Shown one piece after another: positions 62,810 to 64,000 of a stretch of DNA of 64,000 nt; position 1 is the first letter of the stretch; the number at the start of each line of letters is the position of its first letter. Source of the stretch: Wickerhamiella versatilis (Eukaryota); contig JAQOWU010000008.1 in assembly GCA_030867685.1 (NCBI GenBank), positions 4,216,001-4,280,000 on the forward strand, given 5' to 3'. A program made the translations under genes and the position numbers. A model generated the notes under the pieces. The model was not told where the DNA came from. It searched no databases and saw only the letters and a program-made list of their open reading frames with translations.

Positions 62810-64000
62810 ATGGAGGGCCTTCTGCGAAGGCTTCAAAAAACCAAAGAAGACGACATTGTTGATGTTCCCTTGCTTTGTAGTCTGATCATCGATACTTATA
62901 ATGACTTTGACAAGTCTGAGAAGGCAGCCCAACGCCTTCTTGAGACTATTAAGCAGTACGAAACAGATGATGATACGATCCATCCCATCACTGTGAAGCG
63001 GTTCGCGGAGTTTATTCGACATCGAGGCGACCATCTTCGGCGAGTTTTCGAGCGCATCGATAAAAACGACGATCGAAGAATCACCTTGGATGATATATAC
63101 AATTATCTCGATACCTCACATGCGGACTACGACGCTGAAAAAATTGCTGCCATTTTGCGCGTGCTGGACACTGATGATGACGGCATAATCACTATGCAAG
63201 AGTTTCAGGACAAGCTGCTGCTCGTTCCCTTGACAAAAGCGAATTTTGATCGCTTTTTCTATCATGCTTATAACTTTTTTGTGGAGGACCTTGAAATCAC
63301 CACAGACTCTGATGTACTCATTGAATCCAATAGTTTGGGATATTTTTGGTGCGGTGGTATGGCAGGTGTTGTCTCGCGTACTTGCACTGCGCCATTTGAT
63401 CGTCTCAAAGTTTATTTGATCGCTCAAGGTGGGCCTATACTCGCTGCTATTCAAAAAATCTATCATTCCGGGGGATTGCGTGCCTTTTTTGTTGGAAACG
63501 GGCTTAACGTCGTTAAGGTTTTTCCAGAGAGCGCGATGAAGTTTGGCTCCTTCGAAACTGCGAAGCGTGCATTTGCTGCATTTGAAGGTGTCGACGATCC
63601 AGCGGATATATCAAGGCTAGCTACATTCATCTCGGGGGGACTTGGAGGAATGTGTGCGCAGCTCTGCGTTTTTCCATTGGACACAACAAAGTTTCGTGTG
63701 CAGGCATCAGATGACACTAAACCAGGGCGTCTATGGCGCACTGTCCGAAATGTCTACGCAGAGCATGGTATAAGAGGGTTCTACCGCGGGTTGTATGTTG
63801 GTGTGCTTGGTATCTTTCCTTTTGCGGCCTTAGATTTAGGCATATTCAGTGCATTCAAGGGTGCTTATATCAAAAATCAGGCTAGTCGTCACAATATTGA
63901 TCCTTCAGATGTGCAGCTGGGTAATCTAGTTGTACTCAGCATGGGTGCTGTTTCGGGAAGTGTGGGAGCATCTGCCGTATATCCCATTAATCTCGTAAGG
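62810..64000 (+). CDS. SAL1: Ca-binding mitochondrial ATP-Mg/Pi carrier, runs off window end
   Basis: Hand translation from ATG 62810: EF-hands (DKNDDRRIT, DTDDDGIIT), then GYFWCGGMAGVVSRTCTAPFDRLKVYLIAQ and GNGLNVVKVFPESAMKFGSFE. Not in the ORF track. Confidence 0.9.
   Translation, partial: MEGLLRRLQKTKEDDIVDVPLLCSLIIDTYNDFDKSEKAAQRLLETIKQYETDDDTIHPITVKRFAEFIRHRGDHLRRVFERIDKNDDRRITLDDIYNYLDTSHADYDAEKIAAILRVLDTDDDGIITMQEFQDKLLLVPLTKANFDRFFYHAYNFFVEDLEITTDSDVLIESNSLGYFWCGGMAGVVSRTCTAPFDRLKVYLIAQGGPILAAIQKIYHSGGLRAFFVGNGLNVVKVFPESAMKFGSFETAKRAFAAFEGVDDPADISRLATFISGGLGGMCAQLCVFPLDTTKFRVQASDDTKPGRLWRTVRNVYAEHGIRGFYRGLYVGVLGIFPFAALDLGIFSAFKGAYIKNQASRHNIDPSDVQLGNLVVLSMGAVSGSVGASAVYPINLVR

Overview
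Eukaryotic DNA from a very gene-dense, apparently intron-free stretch of a budding-yeast (Saccharomycotina) genome. I can support about 49 protein-coding genes, two of them cut by the window edges and absent from the ORF track (MSC2-like at the start, SAL1-like at the end). CUG reads as Leu (conserved KLAVC in the formamidase uses CTG). Extreme compaction, Moco biosynthesis and a bacterial-type gene would fit the Wickerhamiella/Starmerella or a related lineage, but that is inference. Most genes are housekeeping orthologues. The unusual items are: (1) a bacterial AmiF-type formamidase, a likely horizontal acquisition, preceded by three diverged ~150-bp tandem repeats that each start with a Yap/AP-1-like TTAGTCA; (2) an uninterrupted MoaA-MoaC fusion whose normally C-terminal Gly-Gly is followed by a 10-aa presequence-like linker; (3) a TRP/Yvc1-like channel gene broken by a +1 frameshift at a C7 run; (4) head-to-head pairs with 41-65 bp between start codons, tandem gaps of 19-26 bp and overlapping 3' ends; (5) a large uncharacterised GHKL-ATPase/HExxH protein. 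I recognised no tRNA, rRNA, transposon or CRISPR array. Gene names come from motif recognition from memory, not from database searches.
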